Made by a program: the position numbers and the translations under genes. Below the pieces are notes generated by a model. That model saw nothing but the letters and a program-made list of their open reading frames with translations. It did no database searches and was not told the DNA's origin. Below, piece by piece: positions 31,079 to 32,000 of a stretch of DNA of 32,000 nt (the stretch's first letter is position 1; each line of letters opens with the position of its first letter). Location of the stretch: the NCBI RefSeq assembly GCF_016127575.1, contig NZ_CP066018.1, positions 3,150,001-3,182,000 on the forward strand, written 5' to 3'. The DNA is from Cupriavidus necator (GTDB lineage: Bacteria; Pseudomonadota; Gammaproteobacteria; Burkholderiales; Burkholderiaceae).

Positions 31079-31450
31079 CTTTCCAGGCGGATCAGCGCGC
31101 TGGAGAAGGCCATTGGCCTGCGGCTGCTGCATCGCACGATGCGCAAGGTCGAGCTGACCGAGGCCGGGCAGCTCTACTACGAGCGCTGCAAGCGCATCTG
31201 GACGAAGCACGGATCGCCCACGAGCAACCGGGGGAGATGCTGCCGCCTGGCAATGCTGGGCCTGGGCGTGGTCTTGCTGGCCGAGGAGGTGGCGGCAGAG
31301 GACGTGGCGGCCGGCCGCCTGCGCCGGATATTGCCTGGCAGGCAGACCAGGCCGACGCCGGTCTATGCGCTGACCGAAACACGCTTGCTGCCGGCAAAGA
31401 CACAGCGCTTTATCGAGTTCCTGAAGGAGCGTCTGGGCACCAAAGCGTGA
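31079..31450 (+). pseudogene. LysR-family regulator remnant (N-terminally truncated, frameshifted and internally deleted)
   Basis: The frame of the 31139 ORF read upstream gives SRRISALEKAIGLRLLHRTMRKVELTEAGQLYYERCKRI, the end of a LysR wHTH, with no start codon or first helix. After about 31200 the sensible continuation (LDEARIAHEQ) is in another frame. The ORF then ends with a LysR C-terminus (GLGVVLLAEEVAAEDVAAGRLRRILP...YALTETRLLPAKTQRFIEFLKERL). Most of the effector-binding domain is missing. Confidence 0.7.
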
Positions 31451-31457
31451 GCACACA

Positions 31458-31484
31458 GTGATTGCGCGCCGAACGCGCAATCAC
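31458..31484. terminator. Perfect 11-bp stem hairpin downstream of cusF
   Basis: GTGATTGCGCG-ccgaa-CGCGCAATCAC lies 19 nt beyond the cusF stop (31503), between cusF and the LysR remnant. Confidence 0.55.
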
Positions 31485-31502
31485 CTCCAGCGACGGTAGC
31501 CC

Positions 31503-31841
31503 TCACTTGCGCCGCATTTGCATGACCGTAGGCTTGCCATCAACGTTGTCGAACGTCACGGATACCGCCTCGCCCTCCTTGAAATCCTTCAGCGATGCGC
31601 GATCCTTGACGGGGAACGCCATGGTCATCGGTCCCATGCCGAGGTTGGCGATCGGTCCGTGCCTGAGCGTGACCTTGCCGGCCTGCGCATCGATCTTCTT
31701 GATCTCGGCTGCCACGGGTTGCGGCGCCTGCTGCGCGGGTGCGGACGGCTTCATGTCCATGCCGTCCATCGATCCCGCTGCGAATGCGGCCGGCGTGGTG
31801 GCGAAAGCCAGCGCGAGGGCGAGCGTCTTGATGGAATTCAT
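31503..31841 (-). CDS. cusF: CusF-family periplasmic Cu(I)/Ag(I)-binding protein
   Basis: A signal peptide ([24 protein letters not shown]) and a Met-rich segment (MDGMDM) are followed by the CusF fold motif [24 protein letters not shown]. The ATG overlaps the upstream cusA-like stop (ATGA). Confidence 0.85.
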   Translation of the reverse strand: MNSIKTLALALAFATTPAAFAAGSMDGMDMKPSAPAQQAPQPVAAEIKKIDAQAGKVTLRHGPIANLGMGPMTMAFPVKDRASLKDFKEGEAVSVTFDNVDGKPTVMQMRRK

Positions 31842-32000
31842 AGTGGTTCCTTCTGAAGTGAGGGGTGTACGGAAACTGGTTGAGGTCTGGTCTGGCGCCG
31901 GCGCATCAGCAAATACACCGCCGGCACCACGAAGAGCGAAAGCAATGGCGCGGTGAGCATGCCGCCCACCATCGGCGCGGCAATGCGCTGCATGACCTCG
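31838..32000 (-). CDS. cusA: CusA-type heavy-metal RND efflux pump, C-terminal end (5' part lies beyond the right edge)
   Basis: Manual minus-strand translation from 31999 gives [53 protein letters not shown]-stop. This matches the conserved CusA/SilA C-terminus ([24 protein letters not shown]). The stop at 31838-31840 overlaps the cusF start. Confidence 0.85.
   Translation of the reverse strand, partial: EVMQRIAAPMVGGMLTAPLLSLFVVPAVYLLMRRRQTRPQPVSVHPSLQKEPL

Noticed and set aside
30949-31461. 170-aa ORF reading across the LysR remnant
   Set aside because: The translation is Arg/Ala/Gly-rich and is only partly in the LysR frame. The region is better explained as a degraded LysR gene with a frameshift and a deletion.
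16855-31500. Calling the right half of the window a discrete mobile genomic island
   Set aside because: No integrase, transposase, conjugation gene, tRNA target or flanking direct repeat is visible. Only by-eye compositional patchiness and pseudogenes support it, so it is kept as a low-confidence observation rather than a mobile_element feature.

Overview
This is a GC-rich window that looks like Burkholderiaceae (Cupriavidus/Ralstonia-like). That taxon guess is an inference from gene content and codon style. All family assignments come from reading motifs in the supplied translations; no database search was run.

Layout, left to right:
1. 1-2370: a decayed type VI secretion vgrG island. It holds the VgrG C-terminus, a DUF4123 adaptor that changes frame, a DUF3304 lipoprotein and a 5'-truncated tssL/dotU fragment. 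No effector gene is visible.
2. 2577-14322: a mostly housekeeping block. It holds an M48 lipoprotein peptidase, a universal stress protein, a LysR regulator, the HAD-aceB operon (malate synthase A), a methyltransferase, three hydrolases with an AraC regulator, and aceA (isocitrate lyase). The aceA leader carries unusual palindromes.
3. 14456-20047: a long minus-strand gene array. In transcription order it runs HPr-like, spermidine-synthase-like, a DUF1275-DUF1232 fusion, a YkgJ Cys-cluster protein, an ArsR-rhodanese regulator, an internally deleted MBL hydrolase and an MFS transporter.
4. 20125-27877: a hyf/hyc-like six-subunit membrane complex operon bracketed by two paralogous ribbon-helix-helix (RHH) genes.
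5. 28173-30034: a cluster of an EF-P paralog, an ElaB/YqjD-like protein and a DksA/TraR zinc-finger protein.
6. 30036-32000: two small hypothetical genes, a LysR remnant, and the 3' end of a cus copper efflux operon (cusA C-terminus and cusF).

The most interesting item is the hydrogenase-4-like complex. Its large subunit has no cysteine at any of the four [NiFe] ligand positions, while the NuoB-like small subunit keeps its [4Fe-4S] cysteines. This fits an Ehr-type (energy-converting hydrogenase related) complex of unknown substrate. It lacks a NuoI/HycF-like ferredoxin subunit and any formate dehydrogenase or maturation genes in the window, and an RHH gene sits 3 nt ahead of its first subunit gene.

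Other leads are an HPr-fold protein lacking both phosphorylation sites and an EF-P paralog lacking the modifiable Lys/Arg loop tip. There are also four independent gene remnants and a pair of phased 15-bp palindromes upstream of aceA. I recognised no rRNA, tRNA, CRISPR array, transposase or integrase.
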